DNA of 64,000 nt, from assembly GCA_963772655.1 (NCBI GenBank), contig CAVYYE010000009.1, positions 22,343 to 86,342 of the forward strand, written 5' to 3'. The translations under genes were made by a program, and so were the position numbers. Below the pieces are notes generated by a model. It was not told the DNA's origin, did not search any database, and saw only the letters and a list, made by a program, of their open reading frames with translations. Below, piece after piece: positions 10,043 through 19,774 of this stretch. The stretch comes from an uncultured delta proteobacterium (GTDB lineage Bacteria > Myxococcota_A > Polyangia > Haliangiales > Haliangiaceae). The stretch's first letter is position 1. The number at the start of each line of letters is the position of its first letter.

Positions 10043-10651
10043 CTAGCGCGCGTTCACGTCTAGCTGTTGCGGGACCGGCTCGGGCGCCGGTGGTTCGGTT
10101 GCCGCCGATCCACCCATCACCTCGAAGTGCTCGTGTTCGGGCGCGATGGACACCTCACCGGCGATCTCGTGATAGCCGTCGTCGTGCGCGGGCTTGTCGA
10201 GCAACGCCGACGCCGCGGCAGCGCCCCCCACCGCCAGGATCGCCGCCGTGCTCGCCGCGATCCACGTGCGCCGGCGGCGCTGCGAGCGCCCGACCTCGCA
10301 GTCCTTGAGCAGGATCGTGCCGTCCTTGCGCTGGAAGTACCGGATGCACAGCTTGCCCTCGTTCGCGAGGATCACCGCCTCGGCCTCGTCGCGCGTCATG
10401 CCCGACAGGTTGTAGACGTTCTTGGCGCACGCACCGCAGTGACGAACGCGATCGTCGCCAGACATGTCCGCCCACTTCTTGGTGCACGGCGTGGCGACGC
10501 GAATGTTGTCGAGCACCGGGAGCCGCGCCTTCGCCCGGGCCTCGTCGAGCAGCCGCGTGGCCTGCTCGAGCTCGCGCGTCTTGTGCGCGACCTCGTCGGA
10601 GAGGGCATCGTGGCGAGCGGACAGGGCGGCGAGGTCGTCCCGATAGGTCAT
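10043..10651 (-). CDS. Hypothetical membrane-anchored zinc-ribbon (4-Cys) protein with N-terminal coiled coil
   Basis: Real gene hidden in the 3' part of long ORF 10043..11758. Starts 'MTYRDDLAAL' (ATG complement at 10649-10651). Motifs 'TPCTKKW...RHCGACAKNVYNL' then 'CIRYF...KDC'; C-terminal TM helix 'WIAASTAAILAVGGAAAA'. Confidence 0.55.
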   Translation of the reverse strand: MTYRDDLAALSARHDALSDEVAHKTRELEQATRLLDEARAKARLPVLDNIRVATPCTKKWADMSGDDRVRHCGACAKNVYNLSGMTRDEAEAVILANEGKLCIRYFQRKDGTILLKDCEVGRSQRRRRTWIAASTAAILAVGGAAAASALLDKPAHDDGYHEIAGEVSIAPEHEHFEVMGGSAATEPPAPEPVPQQLDVNAR

Positions 10652-10798
10652 GGCAAGTTCGACGCATCGCCGGCCCGGCGGATCTACAAGATTCGCTGCC
10701 AAAGCCATCGCTTGGCGGCGGTGTCGCGTGCTCCGGCGTCGCGATTTCGAGGGGTTCGCGATCGTCAAATCGACGGGAGGTGATACATCTCGGCTCCC

Positions 10799-11764
10799 AT
10801 GCGCGATGTCGGCGTGTTCGGCGCAGCCGGTTATTCGGGCCTCGAGCTCCTCAAGCTGCTCGCGGTCCATCCCGAGGTGCGCGTGGCGTTTGCCGCCAGC
10901 GATGCCCGCGCCGGCCGGCCGGTCGAGGATGCGATCGGGGTTCGCTCGCCGCTGGCATTCGTCGACACACAGGCCGCGAAGGCGCGGGCGAAGGCCTGCG
11001 CGGCCGTGCTGCTCGCGGTCCCGCACGCCGCCGCCCCGGAGCTCGCGAAGAAGCTCGACGGCACACCGGTCATCGATCTGTCGAACGCACACCGCGCGAC
11101 GCCCGGCGTGCCGTACGGCCTGACGGCCTTGTTCGCGAACGACGTCGGTCCCTCGACGCGACTGGTCGCCAATCCCGGCTGCTACGCGACCGCGGTGATC
11201 ACCGCCGCCGCTCCGCTCGTCGAGCACGACCTGATCGATGGTGACCTCGTGGTGTGCGCGAGCTCGGGCGTTACCGGCGCGGGACGCCAGGCCACCGAGG
11301 CCGCATCGCTCGGCGAGGCCTACGGCGACGTTCGCGCCTACAAGGTGCTGCGCCACCAGCACGTGCCCGAGATCGAGGCCGCGCTCCGGCGTGTCCACGC
11401 GAGCGCGCCACGCGTCACCCTCACCACCCACCTGCTCCCCGTCGCACGCGGCATCCTCGCGACGCTCTCGCTCAAGCTCCGGCGGCCGGTCGCGGCGAGC
11501 GAGCTGATCGCGCACTACCGCGCTCGCTATGGCGACGATCCCACCGTCACGATCGCCCCGGATGCCGAGGCGGTGTCGCTGCGTCGCGTGGTCGGCACCA
11601 ACCAGTGTCTGATCGGTGTCACGGCGGACGGCGATCGCGCGATCGTCACCTCCGCGATCGACAACCTGCTCAAGGGCGCCGCCGGTCAAGCCGTGGAGAA
11701 CCTCAACCTCTTGCTCGGGCTGCCCCGCACCGTCGGGCTGACCCATCTCGCGAGGCACGCGTGA
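10799..11764 (+). CDS. argC: N-acetyl-gamma-glutamyl-phosphate reductase
   Basis: 'GAAGYSGLELLKLL', 'NPGCYATA' active-site Cys motif, 'AIDNLLKGAAGQAVENLN' C-terminus. Confidence 0.9.
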   Translation: MRDVGVFGAAGYSGLELLKLLAVHPEVRVAFAASDARAGRPVEDAIGVRSPLAFVDTQAAKARAKACAAVLLAVPHAAAPELAKKLDGTPVIDLSNAHRATPGVPYGLTALFANDVGPSTRLVANPGCYATAVITAAAPLVEHDLIDGDLVVCASSGVTGAGRQATEAASLGEAYGDVRAYKVLRHQHVPEIEAALRRVHASAPRVTLTTHLLPVARGILATLSLKLRRPVAASELIAHYRARYGDDPTVTIAPDAEAVSLRRVVGTNQCLIGVTADGDRAIVTSAIDNLLKGAAGQAVENLNLLLGLPRTVGLTHLARHA

Positions 11765-12945
11765 AGCTCCCCGCCGGGTTCTCGTTCTCGGGCATCGCCT
11801 GCGGGATCAAGCCGCACCGCCCCGATCTCGCGCTCGTGGTGTCGGATACCGATGCGGCGTGCGCCGGCGCGTTCACCGTCAATCGCGCGAAGGCGGCCCC
11901 GGTGGTCGACGCCGAACGCCGGCTCCCCGCCGAGGGGATCCGCGCGATCGTGATCAACAGCGGCAACGCCAACGCGCTGACCGGTGCCGATGGCATGACC
12001 GCGGTGCAGACGGTGATCGATGCCACCGCGCGCGGCCTCGACGTCGGCGCGGCACAGGTGGTGTCGGCCTCGACCGGCGTGATCGGGATGAAGCTGCCCG
12101 AGCACAAGATCGTGGCCGCCCTGCCCCGCTGCATCTCGGAGCTGTCGGGCGATCCCGAACGCGCCGCCGAGGCGATCATGACCACCGACACCACCAAGAA
12201 GCTCGGTTCGCGCTCGATCGAGCTCGGTGGCAAGCCCGTGACCCTGGCGGTGATCGCCAAGGGCTCCGGGATGATCGCGCCGCAGCTCGCGACCACGATC
12301 GCCGTGGTGGTCACCGACTGCGCGATCGACTCGAACGTCCTCGACGATGCACTCGAGGCCGCGACCAGCGCCACGCTCAACCAGCTGACGATCGACGGCG
12401 ACATGTCGACCAACGACAGCGTGTTCGTGCTCGCCAACGGTCGCGCCGGGAACCCGAAGATCACCGCCGCCGAGGGCGCCGACTTCGACAAGCTCGCCAC
12501 GGCGCTGAACGAGCTGTTCGACGAGATGGCCCGCGCGATCGCGGCCGACGGCGAGGGCGCGACCAAGCGGATCGAGACCGTGGTCACCGGTGCTCCCGAC
12601 GAGGATGTCGCGCGCGACATCGCGAAGAGCATCACCGCGTCGCCGCTGGTCAAGGCGGCCATGTTCGGCGGCGATCCCAACTGGGGTCGCGTGCTGTCGA
12701 CCGTGGGCGCACGCGCCGGCTCCCAGGGCTGGGCGATCGAGCCCGCCGATGCGCGGGTGTCGATCCAGGGTGTGTGCGTCTACGACCGCGGTCCGCAACC
12801 GCTCGACCGCGCGGGTCTGCGCGCGCGGCTGCGCGAGCCCGAGGTCGTGATCGATGTCGAGTTGCGGTCCGGCGAGGCGACCGCACGCGCGTACGGCTGC
12901 GACCTGTCGTACGACTACGTCAAGCTCAACGCCGACTACACGTCG
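11761..12945 (+). CDS. argJ: Glutamate N-acetyltransferase / ornithine acetyltransferase (bifunctional ArgJ). No stop codon separates it from the downstream argB frame.
   Basis: 'KLPAGFSFSGIACGIK', 'MTTDT', autoproteolytic 'ATML' region, C-terminus 'SYDYVKLNADYTS'. GTG 11761 overlaps the argC stop; same frame as ORF 11254..13869. Confidence 0.8.
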
Positions 12946-13869
12946 TTGCTCGTCGAAGCGCCGGATGGCGGCGTCGCCAAGGACGATCGACTCGGCAACT
13001 ACAGCCCGGCGTTCAAGCGCGCGCTACTGGTCGAGGCGCTCGCCTACATCGATCAGTTTCGCGGCAAGCGCTGCGTGATCAAGTACGGCGGCGCCGCGCT
13101 GGTCCGGGACTCGCTCAAGCGGTCGTTTTGCGACGACGTGCTGCTGTTGCACTCGGTCGGACTCTCGCCGGTGGTGGTTCACGGCGATGGCCCCGAGCTC
13201 ACCCGCATGCTCGAGAAGATGGGCGGTCGCGAGGCCGAGGTCATCGACGGCATCCGCGTGTTGCCGAGCTCCGACATGCGCGTGATGGAGATGGTGGTCG
13301 ACGGCCAGATCAACAGCGAGCTGGTGACCTTGCTCAACCGCAGGTCGCCGCACGCGATCGGGATGTCGGGCAAGGACGCCGCCCTGCTCCGTGCTCGCAA
13401 GCTCGCGCGCGAGGACGGTCGCGACCTCGGCCACGTCGGCGAGCTGGTCGAGGTCAACAAGGGATTCCTCGAGTCGCTGCTCGGGCAGCACTACATCCCG
13501 GTGATCTCGCCGATCGGGCTCGGCGCCGACGGCGAGATCTACGGGCTCGATCCCGATCTGGTGGCCGCCGGCGTGGCCGCGGCGATCGGCGCCGACAAGC
13601 TGATCTACCTGTCGAACGTCGCGGGCGTGCTCGAGATGAACCCGAGCTCGCCACGGCGGGGCGACCTGATCACCGAGCTGACGGCCACCGAGCTACGCAA
13701 CCGGCTCGAGGCCGGATCGATCACCGGCGGCATGGCGAGCAAGGCCGCCGCGGTACTCCGCGCGCTCGCGGGCGGCGTTCCCGCCGTCCATCTGGTGGAC
13801 GGTCGAGCGCCGCACAACGTGATCGCGGAGCTGTTCACGGACCGCGGTGTCGGGACGGTCGTTCGCTGA
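12946..13869 (+). CDS. argB: Acetylglutamate kinase. Either starts at TTG 12946 or is translated as an ArgJ-ArgB fusion.
   Basis: 'KRALLVEALAYIDQFRGKRCVIKYGGAAL', 'VVVHGGGPE', 'GIRVT'-like, 'INAD' and C-terminal kinase motifs. In frame with argJ; no ATG/GTG available between the domains. Confidence 0.75.
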   Translation: MLVEAPDGGVAKDDRLGNYSPAFKRALLVEALAYIDQFRGKRCVIKYGGAALVRDSLKRSFCDDVLLLHSVGLSPVVVHGDGPELTRMLEKMGGREAEVIDGIRVLPSSDMRVMEMVVDGQINSELVTLLNRRSPHAIGMSGKDAALLRARKLAREDGRDLGHVGELVEVNKGFLESLLGQHYIPVISPIGLGADGEIYGLDPDLVAAGVAAAIGADKLIYLSNVAGVLEMNPSSPRRGDLITELTATELRNRLEAGSITGGMASKAAAVLRALAGGVPAVHLVDGRAPHNVIAELFTDRGVGTVVR

Positions 13870-13885
13870 TCGTCGGCGACGGCCG

Positions 13886-14761
13886 CTAGCTCTTCTTGTT
13901 GCCGACCGTCGAGTACGGCGCGTCCATGTTGGTCGGCGTCGCCTTGTTCTCGGCGACCGAGAACGACTCGGCGTCGGACGGGAACGCGCCGCTCCGCACC
14001 TCGGCGACGTACTGACCGATCGCGTCCTTGATCTTGGAGCCGAGCGTCTCGTAGCGCCGCACGAACCGCGGCTTGAAGCTCTCGTCCATGCCGAGCGCGT
14101 CGTAGCTCACGAGCACCTGGCCGTCGCAGTGCACGCCGGCACCGATTCCGATCGTCGGGATCGCGAGCGCCTCGGTGATCTCGCGCGCGATGTCCATCGG
14201 GATCGCCTCGAGCACGATCGCGTAGGCACCGGCCTCCTCGAGCGTCTTCGCGTCGGACAGCAGGCGCTCGCGCCCGCCGAGATCGCGGCCCTGGACCTTG
14301 AACCCACCGAGTTGGTGGAAGCTCTGCGGGGTCAGCCCGATGTGGCCCATCACCGGGATGCCCGCGGCGACCAACCGGTGCACGAGCTCGGCGTGTACCG
14401 CACCGCCCTCGAGCTTGACCGAGTGGCAGGTGCCTTCCTTCATCAGCCTGCCGGCGTTGGTGACGCCCTGCTCGTACGACGCCTGGTACGACATGAACGG
14501 CATGTCGCCGACCACGTGTGCCCGCTTGGTGCCACGCACCACCGACCGGCAGTGATACGCGATCTCCTCGAGGGTGACCGGCAACGTGGTGTCGTGACCC
14601 TGGATGACCATGCCGAGGGAGTCGCCCACGAGCAGCACGTCGGCGCCGGCCTCGTCGAGCAGGCGAGCGAACGTGGCATCGTAGGCGGTGAGCATGGCGA
14701 TCTTCTCGCCCTGCTCCTTCATCTTGCGCAGAGTCTGGATGGTGACCTTGCTGGCCTTCAT
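13886..14761 (-). CDS. panB: 3-methyl-2-oxobutanoate hydroxymethyltransferase
   Basis: 'MKASKVTIQTLRKMKEQGEKIAMLTAYD', 'LLVGDSLGMV', 'VVGDMPF'; start ATG at 14759-14761. Confidence 0.9.
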   Translation of the reverse strand: MKASKVTIQTLRKMKEQGEKIAMLTAYDATFARLLDEAGADVLLVGDSLGMVIQGHDTTLPVTLEEIAYHCRSVVRGTKRAHVVGDMPFMSYQASYEQGVTNAGRLMKEGTCHSVKLEGGAVHAELVHRLVAAGIPVMGHIGLTPQSFHQLGGFKVQGRDLGGRERLLSDAKTLEEAGAYAIVLEAIPMDIAREITEALAIPTIGIGAGVHCDGQVLVSYDALGMDESFKPRFVRRYETLGSKIKDAIGQYVAEVRSGAFPSDAESFSVAENKATPTNMDAPYSTVGNKKS

Positions 14762-14940
14762 CTGGCTCCGTCCTTTCTTCGGTATGCCTTCGTTGGAGTC
14801 GCGTGCCGCCCCAATGCGGCTACGTGCACCTCGGCTACCTCCTAGGTCATAGCATCGATCCCCCACCGGCGGGTACGACATCCTCGCAACCGCCCTGCGG
14901 CAGGTGCCCAGAATGACACCGATAAGGTAGGGTCTGGCGC

Positions 14941-16128
14941 GTGCTCGACCTCGCGATCATCGGCGGCGGCCCCGCCGGCATCTCGACGGCGCTGCACGTC
15001 CAGGCCGCCGCCCCGCACCTGTCGATCGCGGTGCTCGAGAAGGCGCGGTTCCCGCGCGACAAGATCTGCGCCGGCGGCATCGGCGCGCGGGCATTCCGCC
15101 TGTTCGAGCAGATCGGTGTCGAGGTCGACTGCCCGTGCGTCGCGATCGATGCGGTGGCGATGCACGTCGGCGGCGAGACCGTGGTGGTCGATCACCCGCG
15201 CTGCGCCGCCGTGATCCGCCGCTTCGAGTTCGACCACGCGTTCGCGCAGGTCGCGATCGACCGCGGGATCATCGTCCGCGAAGCGTGCGAGGTCCGCGGG
15301 CTGTCGTTCGCCTCCGATCGCGTGGTGATCGAACACGCGGGCGGCACGCTCGAGGCGCGCGCGGTGGTCGGCGCCGACGGCGTCACCGGCGTGACCCGCC
15401 GGCTCGCCGGGCTCCCACGCGGAGAGCTGCGCGCCCAGGTGATCGAGCTCGATACCGGCGCGTCGCCCAGAGACCTGCCGCGCGACACGATCGTGTTCGA
15501 CCTCGCCAACTCCGACCTCCGCGGCTACGCGTGGGACTTCCCCACGCAGGTCGCCGGCGAGCCGCTGGTGTGTCGCGGCGTGTACGCGCTGCACGACGGC
15601 AAGCCCCGTTCGTCTGCACGCGATCATCTCGCGGACTACCTCGCCGCGCGCGAGCTCGACATCGACGACTACCGACTCAAGCAGTTCGCCGAGCAGGGCT
15701 TCGATCCCGAGACCGCGATCTCGATCCCGCGGGTCCTGCTGGTCGGCGAGGCCGCCGGCATCGACATCGCGACCGGCGAAGGCATCGGCCAGGCGATCGA
15801 GTTCGGCGCCGTGGCCGGTCCGTACCTCGCGCGCGCGCTCGCTCGCGACGACCTCGGGTTCGCCGACTGGCACGCCGCGATCGAGCGGCATCACCTCGGG
15901 TTCCAGCTCGCGATCCGGCGCGGCTGCTACCGCGCGTTCTTCGGCCCGCGCCGCCCGACGATCGAGCGCCTGCTGCCGCGCGTTCCCAAGCTGTTCGAGG
16001 TCGGCATCCAGGACTTCGCCGGAGCGCCGCTCGACCCGCTCGCCCTCGCCCGTGGCGCCGGTCAGTTCCTGTCGGCCATCGTCGCGCACAAGACCGGGCG
16101 GCAACGACGAGAGCGAGAATCGACATGA
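14941..16128 (+). CDS. FAD-dependent oxidoreductase of the geranylgeranyl-reductase/FixC family
   Basis: N-terminal 'LAIIGGGPAGISTAL' FAD motif and 'GDAAG'-like region; GTG start at 14941. Confidence 0.55.
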   Translation: MLDLAIIGGGPAGISTALHVQAAAPHLSIAVLEKARFPRDKICAGGIGARAFRLFEQIGVEVDCPCVAIDAVAMHVGGETVVVDHPRCAAVIRRFEFDHAFAQVAIDRGIIVREACEVRGLSFASDRVVIEHAGGTLEARAVVGADGVTGVTRRLAGLPRGELRAQVIELDTGASPRDLPRDTIVFDLANSDLRGYAWDFPTQVAGEPLVCRGVYALHDGKPRSSARDHLADYLAARELDIDDYRLKQFAEQGFDPETAISIPRVLLVGEAAGIDIATGEGIGQAIEFGAVAGPYLARALARDDLGFADWHAAIERHHLGFQLAIRRGCYRAFFGPRRPTIERLLPRVPKLFEVGIQDFAGAPLDPLALARGAGQFLSAIVAHKTGRQRREREST

Positions 16129-16520
16129 TCGAGCGCAGCGCCAAACAAGTGATCGTGATGCGCAAGGATCTCGGGATGCGCAAGGGCAAGATGATCGCCC
16201 AGGGCGCGCACGCCTCGCTCGAGGTGCTGCTCGACGCCGGCGCGCTCGCCGACGATCGTCGGTCGTTCACGCTCGCGGTGTCGCCGGCGATGGCGACCTG
16301 GCTCGGTGGCCGGTTCACCAAGGTGTGCGTGTCGGTGACGTCCGAGGCCGAGCTCGACGCGATCGTCGACAAGGCGCGCGCAGCTGGTGTGCCGTGCGCG
16401 TTGATCGTCGATGCCGGTGTCACCGAGTTCCGCGGCGTCCCGACCAAGACCTGCTGTGCGGTCGGCCCCGCCTGGGCCGACGAGGTCGACGCGATCACCG
16501 GCGAGCTGCCGCTGCTCTAG
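16125..16520 (+). CDS. Peptidyl-tRNA hydrolase, PTH2 family
   Basis: 'KQVIVMRKDLGMRKGKMIAQGAHASL' matches the Pth2 N-terminal signature; ATG overlaps the upstream stop (ATGA). Confidence 0.7.
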   Translation: MIERSAKQVIVMRKDLGMRKGKMIAQGAHASLEVLLDAGALADDRRSFTLAVSPAMATWLGGRFTKVCVSVTSEAELDAIVDKARAAGVPCALIVDAGVTEFRGVPTKTCCAVGPAWADEVDAITGELPLL

Positions 16521-16577
16521 CCACGCGATCGTCGTGCATCGTCCGCGAGCACGAGCACGTCCACGAGCACGCGGAAA

Positions 16578-18356
16578 TCAGCGCTGCGTCGCGAGCCACG
16601 CCCGGGCGTCGCGGAGCGCCTCGGCGGCGGGCAGGTTGACGTCGACATCGACCGGCGCCCCCGTGATCTCCTCGAGCGAACGCCGCGCGTAGTAGCGAAC
16701 CAGCGGATAGGCGTGCGCCATCATCGGCGCGATCGCCGGGATCGCGGTGCGATCGCGCAGCTCGCCGTAGACACCGATCGCCACCGCCTGCTCGTGCGGC
16801 TTGCCGCGCACGAGCGTCGCGCGCATCGCGTTGACGTCGAGGTCTTCGCCGTACAGCGCGCGCAGCTTCGCGCGGTCGTAGCGCTTGTTCCACCACTGCT
16901 CCATCGTCGACACCAGCGACGACACCGACTTGTCGGCGTGGCACAGCGCGCACTCGAGCGGGCGATCGCGCTCGACCCGCTTCGGATCGTTCGGCGAACC
17001 GATCCGGTGGTAGCGCACGAGGGCGTAGTCGAGCCCCATGTTCTTCTTCGGCATGTGGCACGCCACGCACGACGTGCCGGTACTGCCCGCCGCGTGATGG
17101 CTGTGCTGCACGACGGTGGCCGCGATCGCCTGGTGGCACGACGCGCACAGCTTGTTGCCGGCCGGCGTCGCCATCGCGGCGAGCTTGGCGCGCGGATCCT
17201 CGGTGTGCGGGTCGTGGCACTGCGTGCACGCCATCGCGCTCGCGCAACCACCGATCTGGAAGTCGCGTCCCTCCCCGGAGTTGGTCGAGCTACCGCCGGG
17301 GTTTTTGCGCCGCACCCCGCCTTCCCAGGTCCACGGGTAGTGCGTGAACAGCACGGTGTGGCACTTCGCGCAGGTGTGGTTGATCCACTGCGCGCGATTT
17401 CCAGCCTCGCCGTTCGGCGGATCGATCCCGAACAAGCTGCTACGCACCGCGAACGACGGCAGGATCTTGGGATCGACGGCGTGCTCGCGCGATCCGTTGT
17501 GGCAGGCCTCGCAACCGATGCCGAGCTCGACAAGCTTGTCGGTATCGAGGCGATCGCGCGTGGTGCGCGCTGCCTCGCCGAGTAGCGCGTGCGCACCCGA
17601 GGCCTCCGGCTCGCCGCCGAGGAACACGATCTCGCGTCGCAGCGCGGACGCCAGGCCATCGTCGTCGTCGACGTGCGCCGGCCACAGGAACCGCGGCGGC
17701 ACCGCGCGGTCGCTGAGCTTCTGCTGGAACGGGGGAGCGTGCGGCCCGTAGAGCTCGTCGTAGTAGTTGGTCGCGAGCGGCAGCGTGTTGTGGCAACCGA
17801 TGCAGACCTGCTTCCACGCCGTGCCGACCACGAGGCGGGGTCGCTCCTTGACCATCACCGAGTAGCCTTTGTAGCGCCACGACTTGGTGTGGAACACGTA
17901 GGTCGCCGGCAGCACGCGCTCGGTGTGATCGCCGGAACCCTCGAGGCGGCCGACGAAATCCTCGCGGTAGCGCCCGCCGATCACCTTGGTCACGCGGTAG
18001 CGCTCGGTCCCTCCGGCCGTCGTCACGGTGACGATCCGCGCGGAGCCCTCGGTGGTCATCGTCGCGGACGTCGCCCCGACCCGCAGCGTCGCACCGGCGA
18101 ACGGCGCACGGATCTTCGCGGTCGCCGCGTCGCGCGTCATGTTGTGCATCGGCGACGCCATCCAGCGCTGGTACAGATCGCCGTGGCAATCGGCGCACGC
18201 CGTCGAACCGGCATAGTCGTCGCGCAGCACGTTGCTCGCGACGATGCCTCCGCCCGTGGTCCCGACCTCGTGCGGCCGCGCCGGCTTCGAGCCGCATGCC
18301 GCGATCACCACGATCGGCACGATCGACGCGACCGACGAGACCGACGAGATCTGCAC
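16578..18356 (-). CDS. Multiheme c-type cytochrome lipoprotein (8 CxxCH motifs)
   Basis: Motifs CADCH, CIGCH, CEACH, CAKCH, CTQCH, CASCH, CVACH, CALCH; lipobox 'VVIAACGS' near the N-terminus. Confidence 0.8.
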   Translation of the reverse strand: MQISSVSSVASIVPIVVIAACGSKPARPHEVGTTGGGIVASNVLRDDYAGSTACADCHGDLYQRWMASPMHNMTRDAATAKIRAPFAGATLRVGATSATMTTEGSARIVTVTTAGGTERYRVTKVIGGRYREDFVGRLEGSGDHTERVLPATYVFHTKSWRYKGYSVMVKERPRLVVGTAWKQVCIGCHNTLPLATNYYDELYGPHAPPFQQKLSDRAVPPRFLWPAHVDDDDGLASALRREIVFLGGEPEASGAHALLGEAARTTRDRLDTDKLVELGIGCEACHNGSREHAVDPKILPSFAVRSSLFGIDPPNGEAGNRAQWINHTCAKCHTVLFTHYPWTWEGGVRRKNPGGSSTNSGEGRDFQIGGCASAMACTQCHDPHTEDPRAKLAAMATPAGNKLCASCHQAIAATVVQHSHHAAGSTGTSCVACHMPKKNMGLDYALVRYHRIGSPNDPKRVERDRPLECALCHADKSVSSLVSTMEQWWNKRYDRAKLRALYGEDLDVNAMRATLVRGKPHEQAVAIGVYGELRDRTAIPAIAPMMAHAYPLVRYYARRSLEEITGAPVDVDVNLPAAEALRDARAWLATQR

Positions 18357-18421
18357 GACGACGGAGCTTACGCCCGCGGCGGATCGCCGTCATCTTCCGG
18401 ATCGCGCGCTATGCTCGGGGG

Positions 18422-19048
18422 GTGAGGTTCGCCGTGTCCGCCGCGCTCGTGATCGCTGCCACTTCGTGCGGCAAGAAGTCCACGCCCGAGGCGACGATCA
18501 TCGACCTGTCGACCTCGACCGCCCCGCTGCGAAACGACTTCGACGCCCACGCCGACGAGCCACGCTTCGTCACGTTGATCGCCCCCACGTGAACGTCCTG
18601 CATCCGCGGGGCCCGGGCGGTCTCGAAGATCCTCGTCCACCAGCTCCACGTGCGGACGTACGTGGTGTGGATCCCGATGCTCGACGCCGATGAGGGAAGC
18701 GAGGTGCCGTACGCCAGCACCAACGTCGGCGTGACGCCGCAGTACTTCGACGGCGCCATGCGGATCGGCAAGAGCCTCGCGCGTGCCGGCCGCATCGGCG
18801 TGCCGGTCTGGGACATCTACCTGTTCTATCCAGCCGGCGTGCGTTCGACCGAGGACGGCTTGCCGTTCCCCGAGCGCGCGATCGCGCAGGTCGGTGGCGT
18901 GCTGATCGCGACGCCGGCGGCCGCACCGCCCCGCGCCGATCAGTCTCGGCTGGATCCCGCGTGGAAGGCGAGCATGGCCGTGGTGGGTTCCCAGAACCAG
19001 TTCCCCGAGCTGCTCGCGAAGCTCGCGCACCAGCTCGCCGGTCGCTGA
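18422..19048 (+). CDS. Candidate selenoprotein: thioredoxin-fold lipoprotein with in-frame TGA (18590-18592) in a U-x-x-C motif
   Basis: Lipobox signal 'MRFAVSAALVIAATSCG'. Beta strand 'RFVTLIAPT' then TGA-TSC (UxxC), then a helix. A downstream 'GVPVWDIYLFYPAG' cis-Pro/beta motif is typical of the thioredoxin fold. Same frame continues 18593..19048. SECIS-like hairpin at 18608-18624. Confidence 0.5.
18608..18624 (+). promoter_or_regulatory. SECIS-like RNA hairpin GGGGCC-CGGGC-GGUCUC, 15 nt downstream of in-frame TGA
   Basis: 6-bp stem (two G.U pairs) with a 5-nt loop CGGGC. 15 of 17 nt identical to the hairpin at 29427-29443, which also follows an in-frame TGA. Confidence 0.45.
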
Positions 19049-19142
19049 TCGCACGCTGTGCCGTGGATTCACGGACTCGTACGCGCAAGCTGGCGGTTTC
19101 GCTCGCGCTCGCTTCGGTGCGCGGTTTGCTGAGCCGAAAGAC

Positions 19143-19721
19143 GTGTCCGTCCGCCTCGCCGCGATCGCCCTCGCCTGTTCCGGCTGCGTGGTCCCGTATG
19201 CCCTGCCGCCCCTCAAGGGCGAGCTCGGTGGCAGCACGATGACCGGCGCGCGCCCGATGTTCCACGCCGGCGGTGGCGCGCATATCGCGAGCGGCGTGCT
19301 GCAGAAACAACAACGGTTCGATGTCGGTGCCGGCGGCTTCGCCGACTGGGACGAAGACGGACTGACCACGACCGCCGGGTACGTCGACGCCGCGATGTTC
19401 TTCGATCGATCGGACCACGTTCGCACGTCGCTCGGTGCGCGCGGCGAGGTGCGGTGGAACGCGGATGGCAGTCAAGGATATGGTGCCAAGCTCCGCGTCG
19501 AGCACGAGGTGTTCAAGCCCACCAACCGCGGGTACAGCGGAGTCGATCGTTGTGCCGCGGTGACCGGCGGAGCCTACGGGACCGGTGGGGTCGGAATGTT
19601 CGCGGAGAGCGGCGTCGTCACCAGCGATCCGGACGGCACGATCGCGTGGACCGCGACGGCCGGGGTGACGATGCGCATCCCGGCGACCGTCGGGGTGATC
19701 TTCGGGATCCCCGGCTGCTGA
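19143..19721 (+). CDS. Hypothetical Gly-rich lipoprotein
   Basis: Lipobox 'LAAIALACSGC'; clean ORF; GTG start at 19143. Confidence 0.5.
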   Translation: MSVRLAAIALACSGCVVPYALPPLKGELGGSTMTGARPMFHAGGGAHIASGVLQKQQRFDVGAGGFADWDEDGLTTTAGYVDAAMFFDRSDHVRTSLGARGEVRWNADGSQGYGAKLRVEHEVFKPTNRGYSGVDRCAAVTGGAYGTGGVGMFAESGVVTSDPDGTIAWTATAGVTMRIPATVGVIFGIPGC

Positions 19722-19774
19722 CAGCTGGACTCCGTGCGAAACGCTCTCCGCACGCGTACGGGTCTCGCGTCCGG

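Noticed and set aside
10652-11758. 5' portion of the 571-aa minus-strand ORF 10043..11758 overlapping argC
   Set aside because: Only the 3' part (10043..10651, starting MTYRDD) is protein-like. The rest is antisense to argC and compositionally junk.
11254-11760. N-terminal extension of ORF 11254..13869 upstream of the argJ GTG
   Set aside because: It lies in an alternate frame of argC with an Arg-rich translation. The ArgJ signature starts at GTG 11761.
18368-19426. 352-aa minus-strand ORF antisense to the candidate selenoprotein gene
   Set aside because: Arg/Gly-rich with no motifs. The plus-strand product has a lipobox signal and thioredoxin-fold features.
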